DNA from: Phyllobates terribilis
Lineage: Eukaryota
NCBI RefSeq assembly: GCF_046119375.1
Contig: NW_027362767.1
Location: forward strand, 262,260,001-262,324,000
DNA length: 64,000 nucleotides
Direction: 5' to 3'
Part shown: one piece after another, positions 1 to 15,049 of the stretch
How the letters are laid out: the number at the start of each line of letters is the position of its first letter
How positions within the stretch are numbered: position 1 is the stretch's first letter
Notes under the pieces: generated by a model
The model's input: the letters and a program-made list of their open reading frames with translations, nothing else
Database searches by the model: none
Told to the model about the DNA's origin: nothing
Translations under genes and position numbers: made by a program

Positions 1-3000
1 GGACTGCATATAGCTATGTGATAGGACTGCATATACCTATGTGATAGGACTGCATATAGCTATGTGATAGGACTGCATATACCTATGTGATAGGACTGCA
101 TATAGCTATGTGATAGGACTGCATATAGCTATGTGATAGGACTGCATATACCTATGTGATAGGACTGCATATACCTATGTGATAGGACTGCACATACCTA
201 TGTGATAGGACAGCATATAGCTATGTGATAGGACTGCATATGCCTATGTGATAGGACTGCACATACCTATGTGATAGGACAGCATATAGCTATGTGATAG
301 GACTGCATATAGCTATGTGATAGGACTGCATATAGCTATGTGATAGGACTGCATATACCTATGTGATAGGACTGCATATACCTATGTGATAGGACTGCAT
401 ATACCTATGTGATAGGACTGCATATACCTATGTGATAGGACTGCATATAGCTATGTGATAGGACTGCATATACCTATGTGATAGGACTGCATATAGCTAT
501 GTGATAGGACTGCATATAGCTATGTGATAGGACTGCATATAGCTATGTGATAGGACTGCATATACCTATGTGATAGGACTGCATATAGCTATGTGATAGG
601 ACTGCATATACCTATGTGATAGGACTGCATATAGCTATGTGATAGGACTGCATATACCTATGTGATAGGACTGCATATACCTATGTGATAGGACTGCATA
701 TACCTATGTGATAGGACAGCATATACCTATGTGATAGGACTGCATGTACCTATGTGATAGGACTGCATGTACCTATGTGATAGGACTGCATATACCTATG
801 TGATAGGACTGCATATAGCTATGTGATAGGACTGCATATACCTATGTGATAGGACTGCATATAGCTATGTGATAGGACTGCATATGCCTATGTGATAGGA
901 CTGCATATACCTATGTGATAGGACTGCATATACCTATGTGATAGGACTGCATATAGCTACGTGATAGGACTGCATATAGCTATGTGATAGGACTGCATAT
1001 ACCTATGTGATAGGACTGCATATGCCTATGTGATAGGACTGCACATACCTATGTGATAGGACTGCACATACCTATGTGATAGGACTGCATATACCTATGT
1101 GATAGGACTGCATATAGCTATGTGATAGGACTGCATATACCTATGTGATAGGACTGCATATAGCTATGTGATAGGACTGCATATGCCTATGTGATAGGAC
1201 TGCATATACCTATGTGATAGGACTGCATATACCTATGTGATAGGACTGCATATAGCTATGTGATAGGACTGCATATAGCTATGTGATAGGACTGCATATA
1301 GCTATGTGATAGGACTGCATATACCTATGTGATAGGACTGCATATAGCTATGTGATAGGACTGCATATAGCTATGTGATAGGACTGCATATACCTATGTG
1401 ATAGGACTGCATATACCTATGTGATAGGACTGCATATACCTATGTGATAGGACTGCATATAGCTATGTGATAGGACTGCATATACCTATGTGATAGGACT
1501 GCATATAGCTATGTGATAGGACTGCATATGCCTATGTGATAGGACTGCATATACCTATGTGATAGGACGGCATATACCTATGTGATAGGACTGCATATAG
1601 CTATGTGATAGGACTGCACATACCTATGTGATAGGACGGCATATACCTATGTGATAGGACTGCATATACCTATGTGATAGAACTGCACATACCTATGTGA
1701 TAGGACTGCATATACCTATGTGATAGGACTGCATGTACCTATGTGATAGGACTGCATATACCTATGTGATAGGACTGCATATACCTATGTGATAGGACTG
1801 CATATACCTATGTGATAGGACTGCATATAGCTATGTGATAGGACTGCATATACCTATGTGATAGGACTGCATATACCTATGTGATAGGACTGCATATACC
1901 TATGTGATAGGACTGCATATACCTATGTGATAGGACTGCATATACCTATGTGATAGGACTGCATATACCTATGTGATAGGACTGCATATAGCTATGTGAT
2001 AGGACTGCATATAGCTATGTGATAGGACTGCATATACCTATGTGATAGGACTGCATATAGCTATGTGATAGGACTGCATATAGCTATGTGATAGGACTGC
2101 ATATACCTATGTGATAGGACTGCATATAGCTATGTGATAGGACTGCATATGCCTATGTGATAGGACTGCATATACCTATGTGATAGGACTGCATATAGCT
2201 ACGTGATAGGACTGCATATAGCTATGTGATAGGACTGCATATGCCTATGTGATAGGACTGCATATACCTATGTGATAGGACTGCATATAGCTACGTGATA
2301 GGACTGCATATAGCTACGTGATAGGACTGCATATACCTATGTGATAGGACTGCATATAGCTATGTGATAGGACTGCATATGCCTATGTGATAGGACTGCA
2401 CATACCTATGTGATAGGACAGCATATAGCTATGTGATAGGACTGCATATACCTATGTGATAGGACTGCATATACCTATGTGATAGGACTGCATATACCTA
2501 TGTGATAGGACTGCATATACCTATGTAATAGGACTGCATATACCTATGTGATAGGACTGCATATAGCTATGTGATAGGACTGCATATACCTATGTGATAG
2601 GACTGCATATAGCTATGTGATAGGACTGCATATACCTATGTGATAGGACTGCATATACCTATGTGATAGGACTGCATATACCTATGTGATAGGACTGCAT
2701 ATAGCTATGTGATAGGACTGCATATGCCTATGTGATAGGACTGCATATACCTATGTGATAGGACTGCATATACCTATGTGATAGGACTGCATATACCTAT
2801 GTGATAGGACAGCATATACCTATGTGATAGGACTGCATGTACCTATGTGATAGGACAGCATATACCTATGTGATAGGACTGCATATACCTATGTGATAGG
2901 ACTGCATATACCTATGTGATAGGACTGCATATACCTATGTGATAGGACTGCATATAGCTATGTGATAGGACTGCATATACCTATGTGATAGGACTGCATA

Positions 3001-6000
3001 TAGCTATGTGATAGGACTGCATGTACCTATGTGATAGGACTGCATGTACCTATGTGATAGGACTGCATGTACCTATGTGATAGGACTGCATGTACCTATG
3101 TGATAGGACTGCATATACCTATGTGATAGGACTGCATATACCTATGTGATAGGACTGCATATAGCTATGTGATAGGACTGCATATACCTATGTGATAGGA
3201 CTGCATATACCTATGTGATAGGACTGCATGTACCTATGTGATAGGACTGCATATAGCTATGTGATAGGACTGCATATAGCTATGTGATAGGACTGCATAT
3301 AGCTATGTGATAGGACTGCATATAGCTATGTGATAGGACTGCATATAGCTATGTGATAGGACTGTATATAGCGATGTGATAGGACTGCATATACCTATGT
3401 GATAGGACTGCATATACCTATGTGATAGGACTGCATATACCTATGTGATAGGACTGCATGTACCTATGTGATAGGACTGCATATAGCTATGTGATAGGAC
3501 TGCATATAGCTATGTGATAGGACTGCATATAGCTATGTGATAGGACTGCATATAGCTATGTGATAGGACTGTATATAGCGATGTGATAGGACTGCATATA
3601 CCTATGTGATAGGACTGCATATACCTATGTGATAGGACTGCATATACCTATGTGATAGGACTGCATGTACCTATGTGATAGGACTGCATATAGCTATGTG
3701 ATAGGACTGCATATAGCTATGTGATAGGACTGCATGTACCTATGTGATAGGACTGCATGTACCTATGTGATAGGACTGCATGTACCTATGTGATAGGACT
3801 GCATGTACCTATGTGATAGGACTGCATGTACCTATGTGATAGGACTGCATATAGCTATGTGATAGGACTGCATATAGCTATGTGATAGGACTGCATATAG
3901 CTATGTGATAGGACTGCATATAGCTATGTGATAGGACTGTATATAGCGATGTGATAGGACTGCATATACCTATGTGATAGGACTGCATATACCTATGTGA
4001 TAGGACTGCATATACCTATGTGATAGGACTGCATGTACCTATGTGATAGGACTGCATATAGCTATGTGATAGGACTGCATATAGCTATGTGATAGGACTG
4101 CATATAGCTATGTGATAGGACTGCATATACCTATGTGATAGGACTGCATATAGCTATGTGATAGGACTGCATATAGCTATGTGATAGGACTGCATGTACC
4201 TATGTGATAGGACTGCATGTACCTATGTGATAGGACTGCATATACCTATGTGATAGGACTGCATGTACCTATGTGATAGGACTGCATATACCTATGTGAT
4301 AGGACTGCATATAGCTATGTGATAGGACTGCATATACCTATGTGATAGGACTGCATATAGCTATGTGATAGGACTGCATGTACCTATGTGATAGGACTGC
4401 ATATACCTATGTGATAGGACTGCATATAGCTATGTGATAGGACTGCATATACCTATGTGATAGGACTGCATATAGCTATGTGATAGGACTGCATATAGCT
4501 ATGTGATAGGACTGCATATAGCTATGTGATAGGACTGCATATAGCTATGTGATAGGACTGCATATACCTATGTGATAGGACTGCATATAGCTATGTGATA
4601 GGACTGCATATAGCTATGTGATAGGACTGCATATACCTATGTGATAGGACTGCATATAGCTATGTGATAGGACTGCATATAGCTATGTGATAGGACCGCA
4701 TATGCCTATGTGATAGGACTGCATATAGCTATGTGATAGGACTGCATATAGCTATGTGATAGGACTGCATGTACCTATGTGATAGGACTGCATATACCTA
4801 TGTGATAGGACTGCATATAGCTATGTGATAGGACTGCATATACCTATGTGATAGGACTGCATATAGCTATGTGATAGGACTGCATGTACCTATGTGATAG
4901 GACTGCATATACCTATGTGATAGGACTGCATATACCTATGTGATAGGACTGCATATACCTATGTGATAGGACTGCATATACCTATGTGATAGGACTGCAT
5001 ATACCTATGTGATAGGACTGCATATAGCTATGTGATAGGACTGCATATACCTATGTGATAGGACTGCATATACCTATGTGATAGGACTGTATATAGCTAT
5101 GTGATAGGACTGCATATGCCTATGTGATAGGACTGCACATACCTATGTGATAGGACAGCATATAGCTATGTGATAGGACTGCATATACCTATGTGATAGG
5201 ACTGCATATACCTATGTGATAGGACTGCATATACCTATGTGATAGGACTGCATATACCTATGTAATAGGACTGCATATACCTATGTGATAGGACTGCATA
5301 TAGCTATGTGATAGGACTGCATATACCTATGTGATAGGACTGCATATAGCTATGTGATAGGACTGCATATACCTATGTGATAGGACTGCATATACCTATG
5401 TGATAGGACTGCATATACCTATGTGATAGGACTGCATATAGCTATGTGATAGGACTGCATATGCCTATGTGATAGGACTGCATATACCTATGTGATAGGA
5501 CTGCATATACCTATGTGATAGGACAGCATATACCTATGTGATAGGACTGCATGTACCTATGTGATAGGACAGCATATACCTATGTGATAGGAGTGCATAT
5601 ACCTATGTGATAGGACCGCATATAGCTATGTGATAGGACTGCATATACCTATGTGATAGGACTGCATATAGCTATGTGATAGGACTGCATATAGCTATGT
5701 GATAGGACTGCATGTACCTATGTGATAGGACTGCATGTACCTATGTGATAGGACTGCATATAGCTATGTGATAGGACTGCATATACCTATGTGATAGGAC
5801 TGCATATAGCTATGTGATAGGACTGCATGTACCTATGTGATAGGACTGCATATACCTATGTGATAGGACTGCATATACCTATGTGATAGGACTGCATATA
5901 CCTATGTGATAGGACTGCATATACCTATGTGATAGGACTGCATATAGCTATGTGATAGGACTGCATATAGCTATGTGATAGGACTGCATATACCTATGTG

Positions 6001-9000
6001 ATAGGACTGCATATAGCTATGTGATAGGACTGCATGTACCTATGTGATAGGACTGCATGTATGTGATAGGACTGCAGTATACCTATGTGATAGGACTGCC
6101 TATAGCTATGTGATAGGACTGCAATATACCTATGTGATAGGACTGCATATACCTATGTGATAGGACTGCATGTACCTATGTGATAGGACTGCATATAGCT
6201 ATGTGATAGGACTGCATATAGCTATGTGATAGGACTGCATATAGCTATGTGATAGGACTGCATATAGCTATGTGATAGGACTGTATATAGCGATGTGATA
6301 GGACTGCATATACCTATGTGATAGGACTGCATATACCTATGTGATAGGACTGCATATACCTATGTGATAGGACTGCATATACCTATGTGATAGGACTGCA
6401 TGTACCTATGTGATAGGACTGCATATAGCTATGTGATAGGACTGCATATAGCTATGTGATAGGACTGCATATAGCTATGTGATAGGACTGCATATAGCTA
6501 TGTGATAGGACTGTATATAGCGATGTGATAGGACTGCATATACCTATGTGATAGGACTGCATATACCTATGTGATAGGACTGCATAATAGCTATGTGATA
6601 GGACTGCATGTACCTATGTGATAGGACTGCATATACCTATGTGATAGGACTGCATATAGCTATGTGATAGGACTGCATATACCTATGTGATAGGACTGCA
6701 TATACCTATGTGATAGGACTGCATATACCTATGTGATAGGACTGCATGTACCTATGTGATAGGACTGCATATACCTATGTGATAGGACTGCATATAGCTA
6801 TGTGATAGGACTGCATGTACCTATGTGATAGGACTGCATATAGCTATGTGATAGGACTGCATGTACCTATGTGATAGGACTGCATATAGCTATGTGATAG
6901 GACTGCATGTACCTATGTGATAGGACTGCATATACCTATGTGATAGGACTGCATGTACCTATGTGATAGGACTGCATATACCTATGTGATAGGACTGCAT
7001 ATAGCTATGTGATAGGACTGCATATAGCCTATGTGATAGGACTGCATATACCTATGTGATAGGACTGCATGTACCTATGTGATAGGACTGCATATACCTA
7101 TGTGATAGGACTGCATGTACCTATGTGATAGGACTGCATATACCTATGTGATAGGACTGCATATAGCTATGTGATAGGACTGCATATACCTATGTGATAG
7201 GACTGCATATAGCTATGTGATAGGACTGCATGTACCTATGTGATAGGACTGCATATACCTATGTGATAGGACTGCATATACCTATGTGATAGGACTGCAT
7301 ATACCTATGTGATAGGACTGCATATAGCTATGTGATAGGACTGCATATACCTATGTGATAGGACTGCATATAGCTATGTGATAGGACTGCATATAGCTAT
7401 GTGATAGGACTGCATATAGCTATGTGATAGGACTGCATATAGCTATGTGATAGGACTGCATATACCTATGTGATAGGACTGCATATACCTATGTGATAGG
7501 ACTGCATATACTTATGTGATAGGACTGCATATACCTATGTGATAGGACTGCATATGCCTATGTGATAGGACTGCATATGCCTATGTGATAGGACTGCATA
7601 TAGCTATGTGATAGGACTGCATATACCTATGTGATAGGACTGCATATAGCTATGTGATAGGACTGCATATGCCTATGTGATAGGACTGCATATGCCTATG
7701 TGATAGGACTGCATATAGCTATGTGATAGGACTGCATATAGCTATGTGATAGGACTGCATGTACCTATGTGATAGGACTGCATATACCTATGTGATAGGA
7801 CTGCATATACCTATGTGATAGGACTGCATATACCTATGTGATAGGACTGCATATACCTATGTGATAGGACTGCATGTACCTATGTGATAGGACTGCATAT
7901 AGCTATGTGATAGGACTGCATATAGCTATGTGATAGGACTGCATATAGCTATGTGATAGGACTGCATATAGCTATGTGATAGGACTGTATATAGCGATGT
8001 GATAGGACTGCATATACCTATGTGATAGGACTGCATATACCTATGTGATAGGACTGCATGTACCTATGTGATAGGACTGCATATACCTATGTGATAGGAC
8101 TGCATATAGCTATGTGATAGGACTGCATATACCTATGTGATAGGACTGCATATAGCTATGTGATAGGACTGCATATACCTATGTGATAGGACTGCATATA
8201 CCTATGTGATAGGACTGCATGTACCTATGTGATAGGACTGCATATACCTATGTGATAGGACTGCATATAGCTATGTGATAGGACTGCATGTACCTATGTG
8301 ATAGGACTGCATATACCTATGTGATAGGACTGCATGTACCTATGTGATAGGACTGCATATAGCTATGTGATAGGACTGCATATACCTATGTGATAGGACT
8401 GCATATACCTATGTGATAGGACTGCATATAGCTATGTGATAGGACTGCATATGCCTATGTGATAGGACTGCATATGCCTATGTGATAGGACTGCATATAG
8501 CTATGTGATAGGACTGCATATAGCTATGTGATAGGACTGCATGTACCTATGTGATAGGACTGCATATACCTATGTGATAGGACTGCATATACCTATGTGA
8601 TAGGACTGCATATACCTATGTGATAGGACTGCATATACCTATGTGATAGGACTGCATGTACCTATGTGATAGGACTGCATATAGCTATGTGATAGGACTG
8701 CATATAGCTATGTGATAGGACTGCATATAGCTATGTGATAGGACTGCATATAGCTATGTGATAGGACTGTATATAGCGATGTGATAGGACTGCATATACC
8801 TATGTGATAGGACTGCATATACCTATGTGATAGGACTGCATGTACCTATGTGATAGGACTGCATATACCTATGTGATAGGACTGCATATAGCTATGTGAT
8901 AGGACTGCATATACCTATGTGATAGGACTGCATATACCTATGTGATAGGACTGCATGTACCTATGTGATAGGACTGCATATACCTATGTGATAGGACTGC

Positions 9001-10699
9001 ATATAGCTATGTGATAGGACTGCATGTACCTATGTGATAGGACTGCATATACCTATGTGATAGGACTGCATGTACCTATGTGATAGGACTGCATATAGCT
9101 ATGTGATAGGACTGCATGTACCTATGTGATAGGACTGCATATACCTATGTGATAGGACTGCATGTACCTATGTGATAGGACTGCATATACCTATGTGATA
9201 GGACTGCATATAGCTATGTGATAGGACTGCATATAGCTATGTGATAGGACTGCATGTACCTATGTGATAGGACTGCATGTACCTATGTGATAGGACTGCA
9301 TATACCTATGTGATAGGACTGCATGTACCTATGTGATAGGACTGCATATACCTATGTGATAGGACTGCATATACCTATGTGATAGGACTGCATATAGCTA
9401 TGTGATAGGACTGCATATACCTATGTGATAGGACTGCATATAGCTATGTGATAGGACTGCATGTACCTATGTGATAGGACTGCATATACCTATGTGATAG
9501 GACTGCATATAGCTATGTGATAGGACTGCATGTACCTATGTGATAGGACTGCATATACCTATGTGATAGGACTGCATATACCTATGTGATAGGACTGCAT
9601 ATACCTATGTGATAGGACTGCATATAGCTATGTGATAGGACTGCATATAGCTATGTGATAGGACTGCATATAGCTATGTGATAGGACTGCATATAGCTAT
9701 GTGATAGGACTGCATGTACCTATGTGATAGGACTGCATATACCTATGTGATAGGACTGCATATACCTATGTGATAGGACTGCATATACCTATGTGATAGG
9801 ACTGCATGTACCTATGTGATAGGACTGCATATACCTATGTGATAGGACTGCATATACCTATGTGATAGGACTGCATATACCTATGTGATAGGACTGCATA
9901 TAGCTATGTGATAGGACTGCATATAGCTATGTGATAGGACTGCATATATCTATGTGATAGGACTGCATATACCTATGTGATAGGACTGCATGTACCTATG
10001 TGATAGGACTGCATATACCTATGTGATAGGACTGCATATAGCTATGTGATAGGACTGCATATACCTATGTGATAGGACTGCATATAGCTATGTGATAGGA
10101 CTGCATATAGCTATGTGATAGGACTGCATATAGCTATGTGATAGGACTGCATATACCTATGTGATAGGACTGCATATAGCTATGTGATAGGACTGCATAT
10201 AGCTATGTGATAGGACCGCATATGCCTATGTGATAGGACTGCATATAGCTATGTGATAGGACTGCATATAGCTATGTGATAGGACTGCATGTACCTATGT
10301 GATAGGACTGCATATACCTATGTGATAGGACTGCATATACCTATGTGATAGGACTGCATATACCTATGTGATAGGACTGCATATAGCTATGTGATAGGAC
10401 TGCATATACCTATGTGATAGGACTGCATATAGCTATGTGATAGGACTGCATATAGCTATGTGATAGGACTGCATATACCTATGTGATAGGACTGCATGTA
10501 CCTATGTGATAGGACTGCATATAGCTATGTGATAGGACTGCATGTACCTATGTGATAGGACTGCATGTACCTATGTGATAGGACTGCATATACCTATGTG
10601 ATAGGACTGCATGTACCTATGTGATAGGACTGCATATACCTATGTGATAGGACTGCATATACCTATGTGATAGGACTGCATATACCTATGTGATAGGAC
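1..10699. repeat. 23-bp tandem satellite (GGACTGCATATA[G/C]CTATGTGATA), ~465 copies; runs off the left edge of the window
   Basis: GGACTGC recurs at 1, 24, 47 and so on up to ~10699. Variation is concentrated in the ATATAG/ATATAC/ATGTAC/ATATGC segment. Confidence 0.98.
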
Positions 10700-10760
10700 G
10701 TGGCCTGCAGGACCAAGAAGAAAGTCGGCCATACTGTCCAGCACTGGCGGAATCACTCAT

Positions 10761-10854
10761 TTTATTTCATTCATTTAATATGACAGTCGGGGTAATAGAC
10801 GGGTGTAATAATTACAGAAAGATGATGTGGAGTTCAGGAAAATCAGGATTTATT
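10761..10854 (-). terminator. candidate polyadenylation signals of C9orf43-like gene
   Basis: AATAAA on the minus strand at 10849-10854 and 10761-10766, 0.6-0.7 kb past the predicted stop at 11469. Confidence 0.45.
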
Positions 10855-11468
10855 TCCGGTCTCCTAGACAAGAGTAATGTGACCAGTATGGCGGACGGTG
10901 CCCACATATAATGCCACCCAGCTTCCCTCTAGTCCTCATGGACAGGCGGCTATCTCCATTGCACGGCAGGGCCCCCAGGTCTTAGGATCGGTGGGGGCCC
11001 CCTTCCTTCCCACATATCAGCATGTTACTGACTTTCGTGTGGATAGGTGCTAACTTGGCACAGCCCCTTTAAGGGTGTATGCCTATCTGAGAGACATGTT
11101 GGCACCAAGGATGGCTTTGGGTTACTGGGGAAGTTATAATGGGCGGACCGCCTCTTCTGAATGGCACATGCTGTAATCTCATGCTGTGCTGCTCCCTGGT
11201 GTTCAACATGAGAAATGTCTATAAACCTAGCGTGTCATGGAACAGTGATCTGCAGCAGTGGCTTTTTAGCTGGTGCATAACTACAACTCCTAGCATGCTG
11301 GGGGTAATAGTTTCTGCAGCAGCAGACGACTGATATAGAGACTGCACATCAGTAATATCTGCTGTATATGTCGGCACTATATTCAGCGTTGTTGGGTATT
11401 GCGCCCTGCTGCGATGGCGGTATTACGCTGAGCCGGCACATGGCGTATGAGGGCGCTCCAGCAGCTTC

Positions 11469-11632
11469 TTAATACACTGGGGTGGGGGGAGGCGGATGGG
11501 GTTGTGGGGAGGACGCTCTCTGCCCTGGACCTTCATGCATATCAGTCCTTTCCGCTGTAGATTCGGCAGCGTCAGGGGATGTTTTGGCTCTTGTGGATTC
11601 ATCGTTTCCGGGGACGTCTTTCTTTTCTTGAT
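11469..11632 (-). CDS. c9orf43: C9orf43-like, predicted last coding exon 13 (DQEKKDVPG...PPPTPVY*)
   Basis: Strong acceptor tttctttgtttttctgtacacag. Phase 1 matches exon 12. Open to TAA at 11471-11469. Supported by splice and phase logic only. Confidence 0.5.
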
Positions 11633-11827
11633 CTGTGTACAGAAAAACAAAGAAATTGTCCTATGGACCTAAGGACCCAGGGTATATGGAGAGAAATCAC
11701 AGAGGACCAGCCGGGGTCACAGACAGTGGGGCCCCGGAGAGAGCCGAGCGCTGCTGCTCCTGGAGCCCCACCAGCTGATACTTCCATCTCAGTCATGAAC
11801 AACTGAGATTGGACTAACCAAGGCACC

Positions 11828-12228
11828 GTATGGAAGTATTATGTGAGCACTGTATGGCAGTATTATGTGAGCACTATACGGCAGTAATATGTGAGCACTG
11901 TATGGCAGTATTATGTGAGAACTATGTGGCAGTATTATGTGAGCACTGTATGGCAGTATTATGTGAGCACTATGTGGCAGTATTATGTGAGCACTGTATG
12001 GCAGTATTATGTGAGCACTATGTGGCAGTATTATGTGAGCACTGTATGGCAGTATTATGTGAGAACTATGTGGCAGTATTATGTGAGCACTGTATGGCAG
12101 TATTATGTGAGCACTATACGGCAGTAATATGTGAGCACTGTATGGCAGTATTATGTGAGAACTATACGGCAGTAATATATGAGCAGTGTACTGCAGAATT
12201 ATGTGATTTCAGTATGGCAGTATTATGA
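11828..12228. repeat. 24-bp tandem array (ATGGCAGTATTATGTGAGCACTGT), ~16 copies
   Basis: 8-aa periodicity (MAVLCEHC/Y) in the ORF track, confirmed by direct reading. Confidence 0.95.
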
Positions 12229-12281
12229 GGGTGATATTACTATTATAAATGTGGACTGAGCCGGGCATTCTGGAGCCATAC

Positions 12282-12375
12282 CCGCGGCCTGTTGCTGCTC
12301 TGCTGACTGCGTCTCTTCCTTTCTCTCCCCCAGGATTTCCTGCTGGGCTCGCTTTCTGGCATTCATATCTACTGA
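12282..12375 (-). CDS. c9orf43: C9orf43-like predicted coding exon 12 (SVDMNARKRAQQEILGERKEETQSAEQQQAA)
   Basis: Boundaries ttcttctag / G|GTATGG, phase 0 to 1, stop-free, consistent with neighbouring exons. Confidence 0.5.
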
Positions 12376-12552
12376 CTAGAAGAATGACAAGGTCAATGAC
12401 AAATACAGAAGAATTCGAAAGCCCTTCAGAGATTCGCCACCTTTTAGAGAAGCCATGAACATCAGATAATCAGCAGATGCAAAGTAAATTTCCTGAATCT
12501 ACCGCCGAATGCCTAAAGTCTATGGCCTACATCATCATGTCCGGCCACTCAC

Positions 12553-12662
12553 GGCTTTAGAAGATTCTTCATCTGTCCAGGACCTCTGTGAAAATCCGGC
12601 TAGATAAGGAGAATTTCTGCTCTCGGAGTCCCGTGACCTTGTTGTGGCGCAAACCACAGACC
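12553..12662 (-). CDS. c9orf43: C9orf43-like predicted coding exon 11 (GSVVCATTRSRDSE...EESSKA)
   Basis: Acceptor tcttctgcag, donor GTGAGT, phase 1 to 0. Confidence 0.55.
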
Positions 12663-12874
12663 CTGCAGAAGACATAACAGAAATGATCGCAACGTCTGGC
12701 TCATACACAGAGAACATGACAGCTAGTCAATGTGGTCATGGTGAAGGCCATTTGCATGGCAGTGTCATGTGACCACTGTATGGAGTTATTATTCAGACAC
12801 CGAATGGCGGTATTATGAGGCCACCGGATAGAAGTATTGTGCTTGCACTAGATGGCACCGAATGATAGTGTGTT

Positions 12875-14666
12875 ATGTGGACGCTGGATGGCAGTGGTAT
12901 ATGGTCACTAGATGGTAGTCTTATGTGGGCACTGGTCAGCAGTGGTATGTGGGCGCTGGATAGCAGTGGTATATGGTCACTAGATGGTAGTCTTATGTGG
13001 GCACTGGTCAGCAGTGGTATGTGGGCGCTGGATAGCAGTGGTATATGGTCACTAGATGGTAGTCTTATGTGGGCACTGGTCAGCAGTGGTATGTGGGCGC
13101 TGGATAGCAGTGGTATATGGTCACTAGATGGTAGTCTTATGTGGGCACTGGTCAGCAGTGGTATGTGGGCGCTGGATAGCAGTGGTATATGGTCACTAGA
13201 TGGTAGTCTTATGTGGGCACTGGTCAGCAGTGGTATGTGGGCGCTGGATAGCACTGGTATATGGTCACTAGATGGTAGTCTTATGTGGGCCCTGGTCAGC
13301 AGTGGTATGTGGGCGCTGGATAGCAGTGGTATATGGTCACTAGATGGTAGTCTTATGTGGGCCCTGGTCAGCAGTGGTATGCGGGCGCTGGATAGCAGTG
13401 GTATATGGTCACTAGATGGTAGTCTTATGTGGGCCCTGGTCAGCAGTGGTATGCGGGCGCTGGATAGCAGTGGTATATGGTCACTAGATGGTAGTCTTAT
13501 GTGGGCCCTGGTCAGCAGTGGTATGTGGGCGCTGGATAGCAGTGGTATATGGTCACTAGATGGTAGTCTTATGTGGGCACTGGTCAGCAGTGGTATGTGG
13601 GCGCTGGATAGCAGTGGTATATGGTCACTAGATGGTAGTCTTATGTGGGCACTGGTCAGCAGTGGTATGTGGGCGCTGGATAGCAGTGGTATATAGTCAC
13701 TAGATGGTAGTCTTATGTGGGCACTGGTCAGCAGTGGTATGTGGGCGCTGGATAGCAGTGGTATATGGTCACTAGATGGTAGTCTTATGTGGGCACTGGT
13801 CAGCAGTGGTATGTGGGCGCTGGATAGCAGTGGTATATGGTCACTAGATGGTAGTCTTATGTGGGCACTGGTCAGCAGTGGTATGTGGGCGCTGGATAGC
13901 AGTGGTATATGGTCACTAGATGGTAGTCTTATGTGGGCCCTGGTCAGCAGTGGTATGCGGGCGCTGGATAGCAGTGGTATATGGTCACTAGATGGTAGTC
14001 TTATGTGGGCCCTGGTCAGCAGTGGTATGTGGGCGCTGGATAGCAGTGGTATATGGTCACTAGATGGTAGTCTTATGTGGGCACTGGTCAGCAGTGGTAT
14101 GTGGGCGCTGGATAGCAGTGGTATATGGTCACTAGATGGTAGTCTTATGTGGGCACTGGTCAGCAGTGGTATGTGGGCGCTGGATAGCAGTGGTATATGG
14201 TCACTAGATGGTAGTCTTATGTGGGCAGCAGTGGTATGAGGGCGCTGGATAGCAGTGGTATATGGTCACTAGATGGTAGTCTTATGTGGGCACTGGTCAG
14301 CAGTGGTATGTGGGCGCTGGATAGCAGTGGTATATGGTCACTAGATGGTAGTCTTATGTGGGCACTGGTCAGCAGTGGTATGTGGGCGCTGGATAGCAGT
14401 GGTATATGGTCACTAGATGGTAGTCTTATGTGGGCAGCAGTGGTATGAGGGCGCTGGATAGCAGTGGTATATGGTCACTAGATGGTAGTCTTATGTGGGC
14501 ACTGGTCAGCAGTGGTATGTGGGCGCTGGATAGCAGTGGTATATGGTCACTAGATGGTAGTGTTATGTGGGCACTAGTCAGCAGTGGTATGAAAGAGCTG
14601 GATAGCAGTGGTATATGGTCACTAGATGGTAGTCTTATGTGGGCACTGGTCAGCAGTGGTATGTGA
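12875..14666. repeat. 72-bp higher-order tandem array (3 x 24-bp subunits), ~25 copies
   Basis: 24-aa period MWALVSSGMWALDSSGIWSLDGSL in the ORF track. Subunits align to the 24-bp monomer. Confidence 0.95.
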
Positions 14667-14718
14667 GCATTGAATGACAATCTTATGTAGGCACTGGATG
14701 GCAATGTTATGTAATCAC

Positions 14719-14853
14719 CTGTGGGGGTCTCTAAGGCTTGAGACTTGTAGTAACTGAGGGCAGAATCCGGGTCGTAGGGGAACAGTCCTATGTGGCTGAG
14801 CTGATCGGGAGCCACTGATTTGTACGATCTTCGTGTTTTGCTCATTCTGTGAT
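14719..14853 (-). CDS. c9orf43: C9orf43-like predicted coding exon 10 (DHRMSKTRRSYKS...LETPT)
   Basis: Unique island between two arrays. Acceptor ttttttcattgtcag, donor GTGATT, phase 1 to 1. Confidence 0.55.
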
Positions 14854-15049
14854 CTGACAATGAAAAAATTACATAAATAATAAGTATCTGCTCTCCACAA
14901 CTAATTAAAGTATCACAGCATATGGGGTGGTATAAAGGTCGTCTAACATTTGTATCTATGGGATCATTAATATGGAGTCACTAAGCAATAATAGCAGTTA
15001 CCTTGGCACCCTACGGCAGTAATATGAGTGCTGGATTGAAGCAAGCTGG

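Noticed and set aside
6040-7030. Cluster of indel variants in the 23-bp satellite (~6055-6125, 6585, 7028)
   Set aside because: Indels are concentrated in an otherwise length-perfect array, which looks like low-coverage read error or an assembly join.
11660-11826. Possible extra C9orf43 exon (QSQLFMTEMEVSAGG...)
   Set aside because: No convincing donor, and exon 12 joins the last exon in phase without it. It is not excluded.
12793-14860. Trp/Ser-rich repetitive ORFs
   Set aside because: Translations of the 72-bp array; only the unique segment 14719-14853 is treated as an exon.
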